Assembly (NCBI RefSeq): GCF_000497125.1
Contig: NC_090602.1
Location: forward strand, 1,116,001 to 1,180,000
Direction: 5' to 3'
DNA from: Spironucleus salmonicida
Taxonomy: Eukaryota
Length of the DNA: 64,000 nucleotides
In this document: one piece after another, positions 1 to 13,639 of the stretch
How the letters are laid out: each line of letters starts with the position of its first letter
How positions within the stretch are numbered: the stretch's first letter is position 1
Position numbers and translations under genes: made by a program
The notes under the pieces: model-generated
What the model was told of the DNA's origin: nothing
Databases searched by the model: none
What the model saw: the letters and a program-made list of their open reading frames with translations, nothing else

Positions 1-567
1 GATAATGGATATTATGTTGTTTGTAAAGTAGAGAAGGGTGTTATGAACAAAAAAGAAGTTATGATTCAACCTAGCAGTTTAATAACAACTGTGTAATCTA
101 TGGAAGATGAAGTAGGTGATTAAATCCAAGAAGCTCTTAGCGGTGAAAATTGTAGAATTTAAGTTACAGAAGAAGCATATGAATAAATATATGATGGTAC
201 TGTTATTTGTGATAAATATTATCCTTGTGAAGTCGTAAACAAGTTTGTTGTTAAATTTATGGTATTAGATCACCCTAATGTTTTAACAGCTGGATTTAAT
301 GCTATAGTTCACGTTAATACAAGCATGTAGCCATGTATTGTCTCTAAAATTTTAGCTACTTTAGACCCCAAAACTGGTAAAATAAGTGAAAAAGCACCAA
401 AGTTCCTCAAAAATGGTTAATAAGGTTTGATATTAGTGGAAACAAGAACTCCTATTTGTGTATCTGAGAGTAGTTATGAAGGATTCTTAGGCAGAGTTTT
501 AATGAGATATGAAAGCTCTACCATTGGCATTGGTCAGGTAGCTAAACTCAGATATGATGAAGAGTGA
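1..567 (+). CDS. eRF3: Eukaryotic release factor 3 (eRF3/Sup35-type GTPase), C-terminal domains II-III, 5'-truncated by the window
   Basis: Code-6 frame 1 reads VCKVEKG...SGENCRI...VLTAGFNAIVHVNT...LDPKTGKISEKAPKFLK...FLGRVLMRYESSTIGIGQV and ends GAG-TGA. HBS1 is not fully excluded. Confidence 0.75.
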
Positions 568-770
568 TTGATTTTTTGCTCTATTTTTCATATTTTTAAT
601 AATTCTATTAAACATTTTAGTTACAGACTTACATAAAATTTATCTATTTCTAATTTTGTATTAAATTTAGTATTAGTATAACATATATATTTCCACCTAT
701 GTCTTTATAAATTAAGCTAATCAGAATATATTATAAACATTTTATATAATTATCATCATCACTATTAAAA

Positions 771-2282
771 ATGTTTAAGAATTGCCTCGAAGCATGCCAA
801 GGTGATAATACCTGCTATAAGAAGCTTTGTTTCGGTAATCTATAAATCAAGCTTACTGATATACTAGGGTCTGGTTCCTATGGAAATATATATAACACAA
901 ATAATCCACAATACGTCGTGAAGTAAGTGTAAACTTAATTTCAAGAGACATTTGATTAAACTGTCTAAGAAGTCAAGATTTTACTAGAATTTAAAGGTGT
1001 TGAATCAATTTTACCTTGTTATGGTGTACTGTTTGATGAAGATTTCGTTATAAACCCAGTAGATATACCACACCAAGCGGACAACATTTTCATGTTATTA
1101 CTTAAATGTTGTAGCTAAAAACTAACTTAATTGTCCATTGCTGAGGCTGCAGGTGCAATTTCGAACCTGCACCTCAAAGGATACACACATCGTGATATTA
1201 AGCTGGAAAATCTAGTTTTCCATAATAATAAGTGTATTTTAATCGACTACGGATCAGTTTCAAGCAAAACTATAGATAGTCTGAAGCTAATCACAGATAG
1301 GGCCTATAACGCAAAAATTAACGACGAAATACAAGGCCAGACAACCCCATAATACCGAGCGCCAGAGCTAATCAACCTCTACTCAAAACTACCTATCACG
1401 TAAAAAATTGATGTATTCGCCCTTGGAATCATAGCATACTAGGTCTCCCGCGGCAAGGCCCCGTTTCCTGACGGTGAGATACTAGCCAACTTCAACTGCC
1501 GGGTCGACTACCGCACAGACTCGTTCTTAGAGCGTATCATAGCACGCTGCCTAGTGAAAGATGTCGCCGCTCGGGCGGATATTTTCGAAATTTGTAGACT
1601 CTGTGAAAGTGAGTTTGGTCGTAAATTCGGCGTTCAGCCCGGCGAGACGGTCATCAAAACGAAAGATTTTACTTCTGTCTAAAAATTAGCATTACCAGTT
1701 GTTATGTCCAGTATTGATACCATATTATCGGACTTCGAGAATCCAAATGCATTCGAAGAAATGCTGGTATGGGTCCACGCTTAAAAACCCGCATTACTAA
1801 TCGAATAACTGCTACAAATAGATCAACAGTTTATGTATGCGCGAGTTTCGCTCGCCCTACTGGCGGCACTGCGTCAACGAGAGCCTATTCCTTTAGCACT
1901 TTTTGGAGATTTTTTATAGAATTTGAGGTAAAAATGTGAATCAAGTTCTGAGCTAGTGCCACTTTTCTACCTCGCTAGCTATGCCCGGTAAATCGCTATT
2001 CTGCACAATATAGCCGTTGAGGGCCAGCCGCGCTCTGCTATCTTCGAGCAGGTTAAATTTTCCACCGCGGCAGTGCTTCGTGTTATGGAGATACGTGTTG
2101 ACAACTTAAAAGACAGCCGTGGGCGAGTTGCATCATGTGGGGTTCGTTATTATATCAGTTGCCTCCAGGTGTGCAAATCATAGGAGGGAAGCCAGGAGCT
2201 GTTTTCGCAGATCCAGTCCGCTTTTCCTGCTTATAAAGCGTTTGCTGGTGTGAAGTTTGATCTACTAGAGGAATTTGTGTGA
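771..2282 (+). CDS. Ser/Thr protein kinase, NAK (AAK1/GAK-like) family
   Basis: Code-6 ORF of 503 aa with LGSGSYGNIY, HRDIKLENL, DYGS, QTTPQYRAPEL and KIDVFALG; DxGS plus TTPxYRAPE is typical of NAK kinases. Confidence 0.8.
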
Positions 2283-2494
2283 CGGGAAATTTCATTAACT
2301 TTTATTTGTGGAGAACTTGGTTGTATAGACTTATGTGCAAACGGGTCTGGTATTTCTTTTAGAAATACTCGCATATTTTAGTTTTAGTCATAAATAGACT
2401 TGATTTTAGATAAAAATATATAAATACTGTCTCAATATAAGTAAAATTCTATCTATAAAAATAAATATACTACCCAATGACCAATTTTCTCATA

Positions 2495-4189
2495 TCACTC
2501 ATCAACGAAATGGTTCTATTCATCCTTCTCGTTCGAACTTCCCCTTTTGCTAGCAATATTGCTCTCACCAAGCAGTGCGGAATGGCTCTAGTTCTGCTTC
2601 TGTACTAGTTCTTCATCATCTTCGACCTCCTCCTCTATTTCTTCTTCCTGGTCGCCTTTTTCAACATCTGTTGAAATCTCCTTTTTGTAGCGCATGACGT
2701 AACCAACCCACAACCCGATACTGAAAATTGCTTAGCAGAACCCGCCGAACATGTAGTCTAGCAAGTAATTAACATTGCCCTCAATCCTAAAATACTAAAT
2801 CACAGCGCTCATGATAGTGGAAACAGGCAGAATGAACATCACGAGTACAAATGGCAGAACGCCAGCCCATTTTTCCTGGCATTCCTCCTGATTCGCGATA
2901 CTGACGATAATGTGAAAGAATGAGTTAAAAGCACCATAAAGGGCTCCGTTCTTGGCCAGGTCGAACAAAGTACCTCTTTCGTCGTAAATTTCACTAGCGC
3001 CCATTCCTCCGTTTGGAAGCATCATGTGCACAAAAATCCCAGCTGTGAGGTAAAGCCCCGCACCCCAGACAAACGACATAATGAACGTCCCGATTCCTGC
3101 AAAAAGCAGCATCTGGTAAATTCGGTCTTTCCGCTGGAGCGTCAAATGAGCACGAATGAAGCCCTGCAAGAATGTGCTCATCGCTACGTTCATCTGGTCC
3201 GAGAGGCTCATGTAAAACAGGTAAACTGCGAATCCCGTCCTTGCAAAATCCGAAAAGTTGACGTCGTTATACTGGCGCAATGCGAAAAACAAGTAAATGA
3301 GTATCTAAACGATAACCGGCATGCCGTAATATACTAAATAAATAGGGAAAATCTTCAAAATTGACACTATTAAATTGAGCCTAAAAGGCGACATGTTGCT
3401 CATTTTGAACTTCGCTACCACCGAAACTGCTGGCGGGAGATGCCTTTTCGTGAAAATGCTGAAAATTGCAAGCATTTCCAGGGAGTCTGCAATGACTTTT
3501 CCGGCTGCGTATAGCATATAGTGAAAATCTTTATCTATAGTTTTTTCGATAAAAAACAGAAGGTAATAGATAAGAATATGGAAAGCTACGAAAAAACAGC
3601 GCATCATGGAGAGGATGGCGTCGTCGAAGTTGATTTCCATTATCTGAGTAAGCGCTGAGCCGAATGTCTAGGTAATCGGATTAGCGATAAAAAGTATTTT
3701 AACAGCTAAAGGATCGTAATTTAGTAATCTTGGGGCGAAAAGATTCATGAAATTTTCATAAAAAATGACGAAAATAGCTGCAATAATTAAAGAAAGAAAT
3801 GCTGACCACACAACACAATAAGTTAGATAAATAGATGCCGCACGTCGCTGGTTCTTCATTAATGACTGGTTGATCATAACAGATCCCATAAAATATGACG
3901 CATTAGGGATAACATTCGAACAAAGTTTGAAAATTGGTTATAACACGCAATATAATGTTGTTGCTGGAATTCCTTTAAACCACCATAATAAAGATATCTC
4001 AAAAAACGGTACCATGGATTCCAATATCAAGCCGAGCGATGCAATTGGCACTGCTGCAAAGAATAGTTGATGTATTGGAAGTGATATCATGGTTTACATA
4101 TCATCTTTAGCTAAAGAACGCATTGATGAACCTGCAGAATATGACGATGAACCTCCATGCGCTGATGCCATGTCATCACCAAAGTCCAT
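2495..4189 (-). CDS. Multi-pass membrane transporter, MATE-like
   Basis: Code-6 ORF of 564 aa joining three track fragments in one frame; many hydrophobic helices, acidic C-terminal tail, ends GAG-TGA. The family call rests on overall resemblance. Confidence 0.55.
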
Positions 4190-4308
4190 TTTATTAAACT
4201 GGTAAAATATAGTTTATAATATATTATATATAAAAAGTTATATTATAAATTAAAGAATAAACAAAATAAAAATAGGTAACTTTACATAAATAATACAATA
4301 TTATTGAA

Positions 4309-5625
4309 TCACTTCTTGGCAACTACTTCCTTCTGGACTTCCTGGATGATACCAACGGCGACGGTACGCTTCATGTCACGAACGGCAAAACGACCGAGGG
4401 CGGCATAATCGTTGAAAGACTCGCAGGAAAGAGGCTTGGAAGGAACCATCCTGACGACGATGCATTCACCGCGAGAGGCTTCAGTAGGGTTTTCCATTTC
4501 AGGCTTGAGGGTACGAGCGTTAAGCTTCTGGAGGAAAGCGTCAAACTTGCAGGCGATATGAGCGGTATGGCAATCGATAACTGGGGAATAACCGGGCTGG
4601 ATCTTCTTGGGGTGGTTCATGATGATGACCTGAGCGGTGAAAGACTTGCAACCAACGGGGGGATCGTTCTTGGTGTCACCAACGACGTAACCCTTCTTGA
4701 TATCCTTAGCAGCAATACCACGAACGTTGAAACCAACGTTATCACCGGGACCAGCCTGGGGAAGTTCTTCGTGATGCATTTCAACAGACTTGACTTCAGC
4801 AGTGGTGGTGGAGGGAGCGAAGACAACGGTCATGTTGGGGATGAGCAAACCGGATTCGACACGACCAGCGGGGACGGTACCGACACCATTGATCTTGTAG
4901 ACGTCCTGGATGGGGAGACGGAGAGGCTTATCAGTGGGTCTCTTGGGGGCCTTGAGTCCGTCGATGGCATCAATAAGGCAAGGGCCGGAGTACCATGGCA
5001 TGTTAGGAGACTTCTCCATGATGCTGTCACCAGTCCAGCCAGAGGTGGGGATGAAATCAAATTCGTCCCACTTCTTGTAACCGATCTGCTTAAGATTCTT
5101 CTGCATTTCTTCCTTGATTTCCTTGTAACGGGCTTCAGAATAGTTGACCTGGGGGTCATCCATCTTGTTAACGCAGACGATGAGAGTCTTGATACCAAGA
5201 GTATGAGCAAGAGTAGCGTGCTCACGAGTCTGGCCCTCCTTGGAGATACCAGCTTCGAATTCACCCTGACCGGAAGCAATTACGAGAATGGCGACATCAG
5301 CCTGAGAAGTACCGGTGATCATGTTCTTGATGAAATCACGATGGCCGGGGGCGTCGATGATGGTGACGGTGAATTTCTTGGTCTCGAACTTCCAGAGAGC
5401 GATGTTGATTGTGATACCACGTTCACGCTCATCCTTAAGCTGATCAAGAACCCAAGCATACTTGAAGGATCCCTTACCCATTTCATTGGCACGCTTTTCA
5501 TACTCATCAAGAGTACGTTAATCGATACCACCGCACTTGTAGATTAAGTGACCAGTGAGAGTGGATTTACCATTATCGACATGACCGATAACGACTAAGT
5601 TAATGTGCTTCTTTTCCTTACCCAT
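4309..5625 (-). CDS. EF1A: Elongation factor 1-alpha (copy 1)
   Basis: [22 protein letters not shown]...[15 protein letters not shown]...NKMD...LGRFAVRD; one in-frame TAA read as Gln extends the track ORF to this ATG. Confidence 0.98.
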
Positions 5626-5826
5626 TAAGACAAAGGAATGGTGGGTAAATTATGAATTGAATTTGTTAAAAATAGACCACCCAAATATATATATAAAGTA
5701 TATATTTGGACCCAGAGATGTAATTATATTTAGTTTTCGGTATAATATTTGATATTACCTCCTTATTTATGCCGTTCCTAATAGTTAGTAAAGTTACTAT
5801 TAATTTATCATAGAATTAAGCCGTTA
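5626..5826. promoter_or_regulatory. Divergent promoter region between EF1A and MYG1 (mirrored at 9380..9580)
   Basis: 201-bp AT-rich spacer between head-to-head ATGs; C-rich tract TTTACCCACCATTCCTTT just upstream of the EF1A ATG. Confidence 0.55.
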
Positions 5827-6666
5827 ATGTAAATGAGAATTTGTACACATGATGGCGCCTACCACGCCGACGATGTCATCGCAGCTTGTTTTCTTCAGAA
5901 AATCTATACCAATGTAGAAATTGTTCGCACCCGGGACTAAAGTGTAATTGATCAAGCTGATGTAGTATTCGATGTTGGCGGCGTGTACAACAAAAGCACA
6001 CTGAGGTTTGACCATCATCAGCTTTCCTTCACAGATTGCATCGGGGAGATACCTCTTTCGTCAGCCGGCCTTATCTTCCGCGACTTGGGATTGCAGCTTT
6101 GCGAGAATGGTACCCACCACCAGATCATCTACCAACGTTTTATCAAATTTATAGATATGCATGACAATGGAATTGACGGCGGTAGAGCGGAGTTTTCGTT
6201 ACAGATCGCTAAATTAGGGGCTATTGGCAAGACATTTGAACAGGCCATAGAGTTTGCGATGTAGGTACTCGATTTGGAGATTTAGTTCGCCAAGATGCTG
6301 ATCTCTAGTAAAATTGAAGTCGAGAAGGCTATTTCATAATAATCAGGGATCTTCTTGCACTTAGATAGTACTGTCATGTGGATAGAGGTGTTATATGACA
6401 TCCCTGGTAATGAAAAGTTCATGTTCGTTACTACATAGAAAAATGGCTAATACCGAATCAACACAATCAACATATCTGATTCCAGCTTCAGATCTAGATA
6501 AAAATTGCCCTAGTAATGGGCTGGTTATAGAGATTCTGAATTAGACGATATAACCGGAGTTACTGGTGGAGTTTTTGTTCACAAGGGGGCATTCGTAGGA
6601 ATTTGGAAAACTAAAGAAGCCCTAGACCAGATTAAATATATTCTCGAGAGCAAGTAAAAAGAATGA
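5827..6666 (+). CDS. MYG1: MYG1/UPF0160 family metal-dependent hydrolase/exonuclease (copy 1)
   Basis: Code-6 ORF of 279 aa: ICTHDGAYHADD, VVFDVGGVY, RFDHHQ, LSSAGLIF, IDMHDNG, LPQQWAG, GGVFVHKGAFVG. Confidence 0.9.
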
Positions 6667-6672
6667 AAAATT

Positions 6673-8385
6673 TCATTAGTAATCTTTTAAATCAACAATT
6701 CTATCTGCATATAACTTACATTACTCTCTATGCGCTACCATAATAACTAAAATTTAATGATCAGCACAAAATTCTTTGAGGCCAGTTAGTACAGTTTCTT
6801 CTGTTTCAATATCAAGAGCACTAGTAACTTCATCTAATAATAATATACCACAATCTACAACTCTGAATAAACCTCGTGCTAATGCCAGTCTTTATTTTTA
6901 TCCTCCTGATAGTTTACTAACCTCTTTTCCTTCAAAAGTAACCTTGCAAATAGTTTTAACCCTCTCCAATCTATCTGGATCAGGAAATAATCCATACATA
7001 ATTTATTAATCAATTGATAAATGTTTTGGTAATTAATCTGATTAATGTACTGAAGTTATTTAATATCTTACATCATATGGATCCATATCAGATACAGAAA
7101 CACCATTTATTAGCAAATCGCCATCTTAATAATTATATAGCTTTGTGATTAATTTCAAAAATGTAGATTTACCTTACCCAGTTTCACCTTATATAAGGTT
7201 TAAACCCCTTTTAAATTTTATAGATAGACCATTAAATATTTAAACATTTTAATAAGAAAATGCAACATTTTTTGCCTCTACTACTGGAGTTTTTTAATAT
7301 TTTGTTCTTAATTTTTTTGCTTGTTCTATATTTAAATAATTGAGAGTTTGATTAACAGACTTGAAAACAACTCTTTCACCAGTAAATGAAAGTACGTTAT
7401 TCACAAAATCCAATGAAACTCTATATGATTATAATTTACCCAAAAAATTTACTATATCATCTTTTAATTTATAAATATTATCAATACAATCCTTAAAATC
7501 CTTACATTACTTTAAAGTAAATCTATTAAAAATTAAAAAATATATTTATAACGATCCTACAATTGCTCTTTTATACACTCCAACTAAAGCATCAAGTGTT
7601 TTTCGTTTTCTTCTTGCTACATCTGAATTCATTAACAACTCTTTTTACAACTCTAGTTACTTTTTAAGTTATTAAATTTCAAAATATGCAGAATTAGATG
7701 ATTTGACTAATAACAATCTATCTTATAAATCCTATATAAATTTTGTAGTAAGTGATCGATCTCTTCTTAATGAAACTTATTCCAGCTTTGATGATTTCGC
7801 AAATATTCCACCTAAAAACATTACCAATGGAAGAGGTAAAAGAGGATAAATAAATAACTTTTAGAATTTAATTTACATAAATGATGAAACTACTTTTGTT
7901 ATTGGAACAACAATATCACCAATAAAAGATAAGAAAAATCTAGCAAAATCATTTGCAGATTCAAAATACAAGTTCAGATCTTATTATTCTGTAGATTAGT
8001 ATATGGGTTAGTTAAAATAGGATGCCAGCATCAATGAAAGACAGTCTGATCTTGATCTTGTTAGGAATGTGTAGTGAAATTTTCTAGAGAAATATGACAC
8101 TATAAAATCAAATATTTTTTGTAGTAATTTATTGAATATGACTATTGAAAACTCTTTTATAAGTTAATATAGATAATCATATTTAGTGCAAGTCATAAAA
8201 GATACTGTTGGTAAATAAATAAATTATCGTGCTTTAGACGTAAACCTATCTATATTATAATTAAGTTTTGATCCTATGATATTATCAAATACCACTTCTA
8301 TTAGTTCAAATATTAAGTAGAATAACAATGATGGCAGACTATTAATAATAATTGCAATAAGCATGATTTTTTTCTATGTTTTCAT
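6673..8385 (-). CDS. ABC transporter half-molecule (TMD + NBD), ABCB-like
   Basis: Code-6 ORF of 570 aa; Walker A GETGQGKST, signature LSGGQKQRLALARG, Walker B ILLDEVTSALD, H-loop VAHR; hydrophobic N-terminal half. Absent from the track because of many TAA/TAG codons. Confidence 0.85.
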
Positions 8386-8539
8386 TCAAGGAAAGAAAAT
8401 GTTAGCCTAGAGAAATAAAATTATATATAAAGTTTAATGGGTTGGCTTATAAACTATTAATAATTTTATTTAAACATATAATAACCTTAATAGTAAAATG
8501 TAAATAATATAAAAAACTAAGACTCTTTAAAATAATTTT

Positions 8540-9379
8540 TCATTCTTTTTACTTGCTCTCGAGAATATATTTAATCTGGTCTAGGGCTTCTTTAGTTTTC
8601 CAAATTCCTACGAATGCCCCCTTGTGAACAAAAACTCCACCAGTAACTCCGGTTATATCGTCTAATTCAGAATCTCTATAACCAGCCCATTACTAGGGCA
8701 ATTTTTATCTAGATCTGAAGCTGGAATCAGATATGTTGATTGTGTTGATTCGGTATTAGCCATTTTTCTATGTAGTAACGAACATGAACTTTTCATTACC
8801 AGGGATGTCATATAACACCTCTATCCACATGACAGTACTATCTAAGTGCAAGAAGATCCCTGATTATTATGAAATAGCCTTCTCGACTTCAATTTTACTA
8901 GAGATCAGCATCTTGGCGAACTAAATCTCCAAATCGAGTACCTACATCGCAAACTCTATGGCCTGTTCAAATGTCTTGCCAATAGCCCCTAATTTAGCGA
9001 TCTGTAACGAAAACTCCGCTCTACCGCCGTCAATTCCATTGTCATGCATATCTATAAATTTGATAAAACGTTGGTAGATGATCTGGTGGTGGGTACCATT
9101 CTCGCAAAGCTGCAATCCCAAGTCGCGGAAGATAAGGCCGGCTGACGAAAGAGGTATCTCCCCGATGCAATCTGTGAAGGAAAGCTGATGATGGTCAAAC
9201 CTCAGTGTGCTTTTGTTGTACACGCCGCCAACATCGAATACTACATCAGCTTGATCAATTACACTTTAGTCCCGGGTGCGAACAATTTCTACATTGGTAT
9301 AGATTTTCTGAAGAAAACAAGCTGCGATGACATCGTCGGCGTGGTAGGCGCCATCATGTGTACAAATTCTCATTTACAT
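8540..9379 (-). CDS. MYG1: MYG1/UPF0160 family protein (copy 2)
   Basis: Mirror of 5827..6666. Confidence 0.9.
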
Positions 9380-9580
9380 TAACGGCTTAATTCTATGATA
9401 AATTAATAGTAACTTTACTAACTATTAGGAACGGCATAAATAAGGAGGTAATATCAAATATTATACCGAAAACTAAATATAATTACATCTCTGGGTCCAA
9501 ATATATACTTTATATATATATTTGGGTGGTCTATTTTTAACAAATTCAATTCATAATTTACCCACCATTCCTTTGTCTTA

Positions 9581-10897
9581 ATGGGTAAGGAAAAGAAGCA
9601 CATTAACTTAGTCGTTATCGGTCATGTCGATAATGGTAAATCCACTCTCACTGGTCACTTAATCTACAAGTGCGGTGGTATCGATTAACGTACTCTTGAT
9701 GAGTATGAAAAGCGTGCCAATGAAATGGGTAAGGGATCCTTCAAGTATGCTTGGGTTCTTGATCAGCTTAAGGATGAGCGTGAACGTGGTATCACAATCA
9801 ACATCGCTCTCTGGAAGTTCGAGACCAAGAAATTCACCGTCACCATCATCGACGCCCCCGGCCATCGTGATTTCATCAAGAACATGATCACCGGTACTTC
9901 TCAGGCTGATGTCGCCATTCTCGTAATTGCTTCCGGTCAGGGTGAATTCGAAGCTGGTATCTCCAAGGAGGGCCAGACTCGTGAGCACGCTACTCTTGCT
10001 CATACTCTTGGTATCAAGACTCTCATCGTCTGCGTTAACAAGATGGATGACCCCCAGGTCAACTATTCTGAAGCCCGTTACAAGGAAATCAAGGAAGAAA
10101 TGCAGAAGAATCTTAAGCAGATCGGTTACAAGAAGTGGGACGAATTTGATTTCATCCCCACCTCTGGCTGGACTGGTGACAGCATCATGGAGAAGTCTCC
10201 TAACATGCCATGGTACTCCGGCCCTTGCCTTATTGATGCCATCGACGGACTCAAGGCCCCCAAGAGACCCACTGATAAGCCTCTCCGTCTCCCCATCCAG
10301 GACGTCTACAAGATCAATGGTGTCGGTACCGTCCCCGCTGGTCGTGTCGAATCCGGTTTGCTCATCCCCAACATGACCGTTGTCTTCGCTCCCTCCACCA
10401 CCACTGCTGAAGTCAAGTCTGTTGAAATGCATCACGAAGAACTTCCCCAGGCTGGTCCCGGTGATAACGTTGGTTTCAACGTTCGTGGTATTGCTGCTAA
10501 GGATATCAAGAAGGGTTACGTCGTTGGTGACACCAAGAACGATCCCCCCGTTGGTTGCAAGTCTTTCACCGCTCAGGTCATCATCATGAACCACCCCAAG
10601 AAGATCCAGCCCGGTTATTCCCCAGTTATCGATTGCCATACCGCTCATATCGCCTGCAAGTTTGACGCTTTCCTCCAGAAGCTTAACGCTCGTACCCTCA
10701 AGCCTGAAATGGAAAACCCTACTGAAGCCTCTCGCGGTGAATGCATCGTCGTCAGGATGGTTCCTTCCAAGCCTCTTTCCTGCGAGTCTTTCAACGATTA
10801 TGCCGCCCTCGGTCGTTTTGCCGTTCGTGACATGAAGCGTACCGTCGCCGTTGGTATCATCCAGGAAGTCCAGAAGGAAGTAGTTGCCAAGAAGTGA
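9581..10897 (+). CDS. EF1A: Elongation factor 1-alpha (copy 2)
   Basis: Mirror of 4309..5625; in-frame TAA(Gln) at 9686..9688; ends AAG-TGA. Confidence 0.98.
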
Positions 10898-11044
10898 TTT
10901 ACGGTTTATATTTTCTATATTCTTATTTATAGTTATAGGCATTAATTAAATCGTAGATAAATTTCATCTCAAATTAAACATTATTACCAATATTATATAC
11001 TAAAATTAAAATTTTAAAATTTTAACTTAAGTACACTCCTCTAA

Positions 11045-13183
11045 ATGAATCCTTTCATATCAACTATAACTTAAGTTTTAAATGGCAACACTATTTTGTT
11101 ACAGAATGGTATATAAGTAATATTATCAGGTGTTTAAGCAGATAATTAAATAGCTGCTAAAGAATTCTTAAGGAAGAATACTATTGGTAACTAAGTTTCA
11201 GTAACTCCCATTAAGCAGCTTTCAGAGAAAAAAATTATCGCAACAGTTATTCTTAAAAATTTTGATATCTCAGTATAGCTTGCGAAGAAAGGTTTAGGAT
11301 CTCCCTTTGGTTCAGGCTCATAAGCAGATGCAGTTAAGTAGGCATATATTGAAAAAGAATAGATATTATATAGTGTAGAAGACTATACAAAGAACTAATC
11401 ATCTTCTTTACAATCATTTATTAAGCAAAACTAACAAATCTCAGGATATATAGACTATGTAATATCTCCAGAAAAAGTTATATTTGTAACATTTATTGCA
11501 TCTAAATAAATTAAATTTTTAGCCAAGCCATAGGATATTATTTCACTTAATGAATAATCCATTTCAGATATAAATTTATTTATTTAAAAATAAGCTACAT
11601 TAGTTCCTAACTTCATTGAAAATAATATTGTTACTTCATTAATAACTTATTAAGGTGCAAACAATACATCAATTAATCTTAGTGATGCATTAGTCTCTAA
11701 GAAAAATTATTCCTATGTTTTGAAAAAAGAAAAGGGGGCATTGATTCAAGGCTGCCATGTAATTTCTGTGTTTTCTTCTGATTAGATAACTGTAAAAATA
11801 AATAACTAAGAAGAAAAATTCTATTTTAGTTCAATATATGCCCCAAGAGTCACCAAAGAATCAGTGGAAGACTATGCTATTGAATCTAGAGAATTTGTTA
11901 GAATGTAACTTTTTAATAAAATTGTTGATATCATAATAGATTACGAAAAAAACGATAAAAAGTTTGTTTCTGTATATATTAATAAGAAAAACTTTAATAT
12001 TCAGTATATTCAAACTGGTTTAGTATAATTAATGAAACATTCAAAATCAGATTTAAATAGAGCTAATAATTATGAAGAACTTCTAAAAATTGAGCCAAAT
12101 AAACCTGAAGCTCCTATAAAAATTAAAATTACAGATTTCTAAGATCAAAAAATTGATGAAATCAAAACCAAAGTAGCTAAATTTTCTGGATAAAAAACTA
12201 AATTCCAAGCAACTGTAGAGCAAATAATATCAGGTAGTAAGTACAAATGCTTGCTTTAATTAAACCAAAGCACATTTTACAATATTATTATCAATTTAGC
12301 TCAAGTTTATGTACCATAAGTTAAAAAATTCGAAAAATACAGTGAAGAAGCCCAAGATTTTGCCAGAGACTCATTATTGTACTAGAAAGTAACAATTATA
12401 TTCTCGCCGAATATCGAAAAGCACACAAATTCAGTATTTTCTTTTATTTATCTAGAAAATATTCTTTTTAACGCATAAGTAGTTGCAAAAGGTCTTGGAA
12501 AAGCCCAACATGACTCAATTTAAGAAATTTAATGTGCAGAAAGTGAAGCAAAAAGTAAATTTTTGAAATTATATGAAAAATAAATCGAAAATCAAAGAGT
12601 TTCTAACGGGAAAATAATTTGCAAGATTATTGAATTTAGCGATAATTGTGAGGTTATTATGAAAAAAGTTGATGAGAAATTACCTGAAATTAAAGCGTAT
12701 GAGAGGATTGCACCGAAATTACACGACTTTGTAGCAGTTTTAGAGAATGGAAAATTTTTACGTGCAAACATTCTTAGCGTTTCTCCATTATTGATATTAT
12801 AGATTGATACTGGGAATAAGTCAATAATAGGGTTAGATCAAGTATATAAACTTGAAAAATAATATTTTGATGAATAAAAATAAGTTTTTGGCATTTAATT
12901 AGCCTGTATAATAATACACAATAATGAAATACAAGCTGTAAAGTAACTATTCTAGGAGTAAATTTGTGGTGAAAATCTAGTAGTTTTTGTTACGAATGAA
13001 GGAGCATTCGTAATGGCTCCGGAAGTCTCAAAACTAAATGCCCAAGACTCAATCAGTGGTTTTTTGCTTGAAAAAGGTCTCGCAAAAATAGATGAAAACT
13101 GTTCAGAAAATGATCTTTTGATCGATTTGGGGCGTATTGAAGGCGAAGCAATCCAGGCCAATAGAGGCTTGTGGAAGAAGTGA
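11045..13183 (+). CDS. SND1: Tudor-SN / SND1-like protein with repeated staphylococcal nuclease domains
   Basis: Code-6 ORF of 712 aa with repeated SNase-like segments (VLNGNTI...AAKEFLRKNTIG; SSIYAPR...YAIESREFVR; EEAQDFAR...) and C-terminal LLEKGLA...AIQANRGLW. Confidence 0.75.
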
Positions 13184-13639
13184 TGAAATGAAATTTTAAT
13201 ATCAATCACTATTAATAGAGTATCACTATATGAAATTAAAATTTATACTAGTACTATCCTGGTTTGCTTATATTAATATCCATTTATGGATGATACACTA
13301 ATATTTAAATAAAAATAAAAATATAATAAATTTAGTTAATAATTTTCTGCATGAAATAAGTTTATCACTAAAAAATTTAGATAAATATATTTATGATCTC
13401 ATACATATAATTCATATAAATATACTAGATCTTAGAATCTTATGCACTTAAAGATTTATTAAACTTACTTCTATACTTTCTAAAATATATTGATCAGATT
13501 AATTCGTGCAATTATGATTGCAAATAATAAATCTGTTGTCTAGTCAAGATGACTAATTTTTCATTTAATTTTTAATTCAATTTAAGAAAATTCAAAAATA
13601 TGCGTGAATAAACTATTAGTATAAAATAATACTTTTGTT

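Larger units (their letters stand above)
4307..6672. repeat. Inverted repeat 1, left arm (2366 bp)
   Basis: Reverse complement of 8534..10899 (paired coordinates sum to 15206); no mismatch seen by eye. Confidence 0.95.
8534..10899. repeat. Inverted repeat 1, right arm
   Basis: Reverse complement of 4307..6672. Confidence 0.95.

Noticed and set aside
4558-5547. Long antisense and alternative-frame ORFs over EF1A (also 9659..10942)
   Set aside because: Shadows of the strongly biased EF1A codon usage; no independent motifs.
4307-10899. Interpreting the inverted arms as terminal inverted repeats of transposons
   Set aside because: Arms consist of ordinary host genes, the three pairs are unrelated, and no transposase or target-site duplication was seen.
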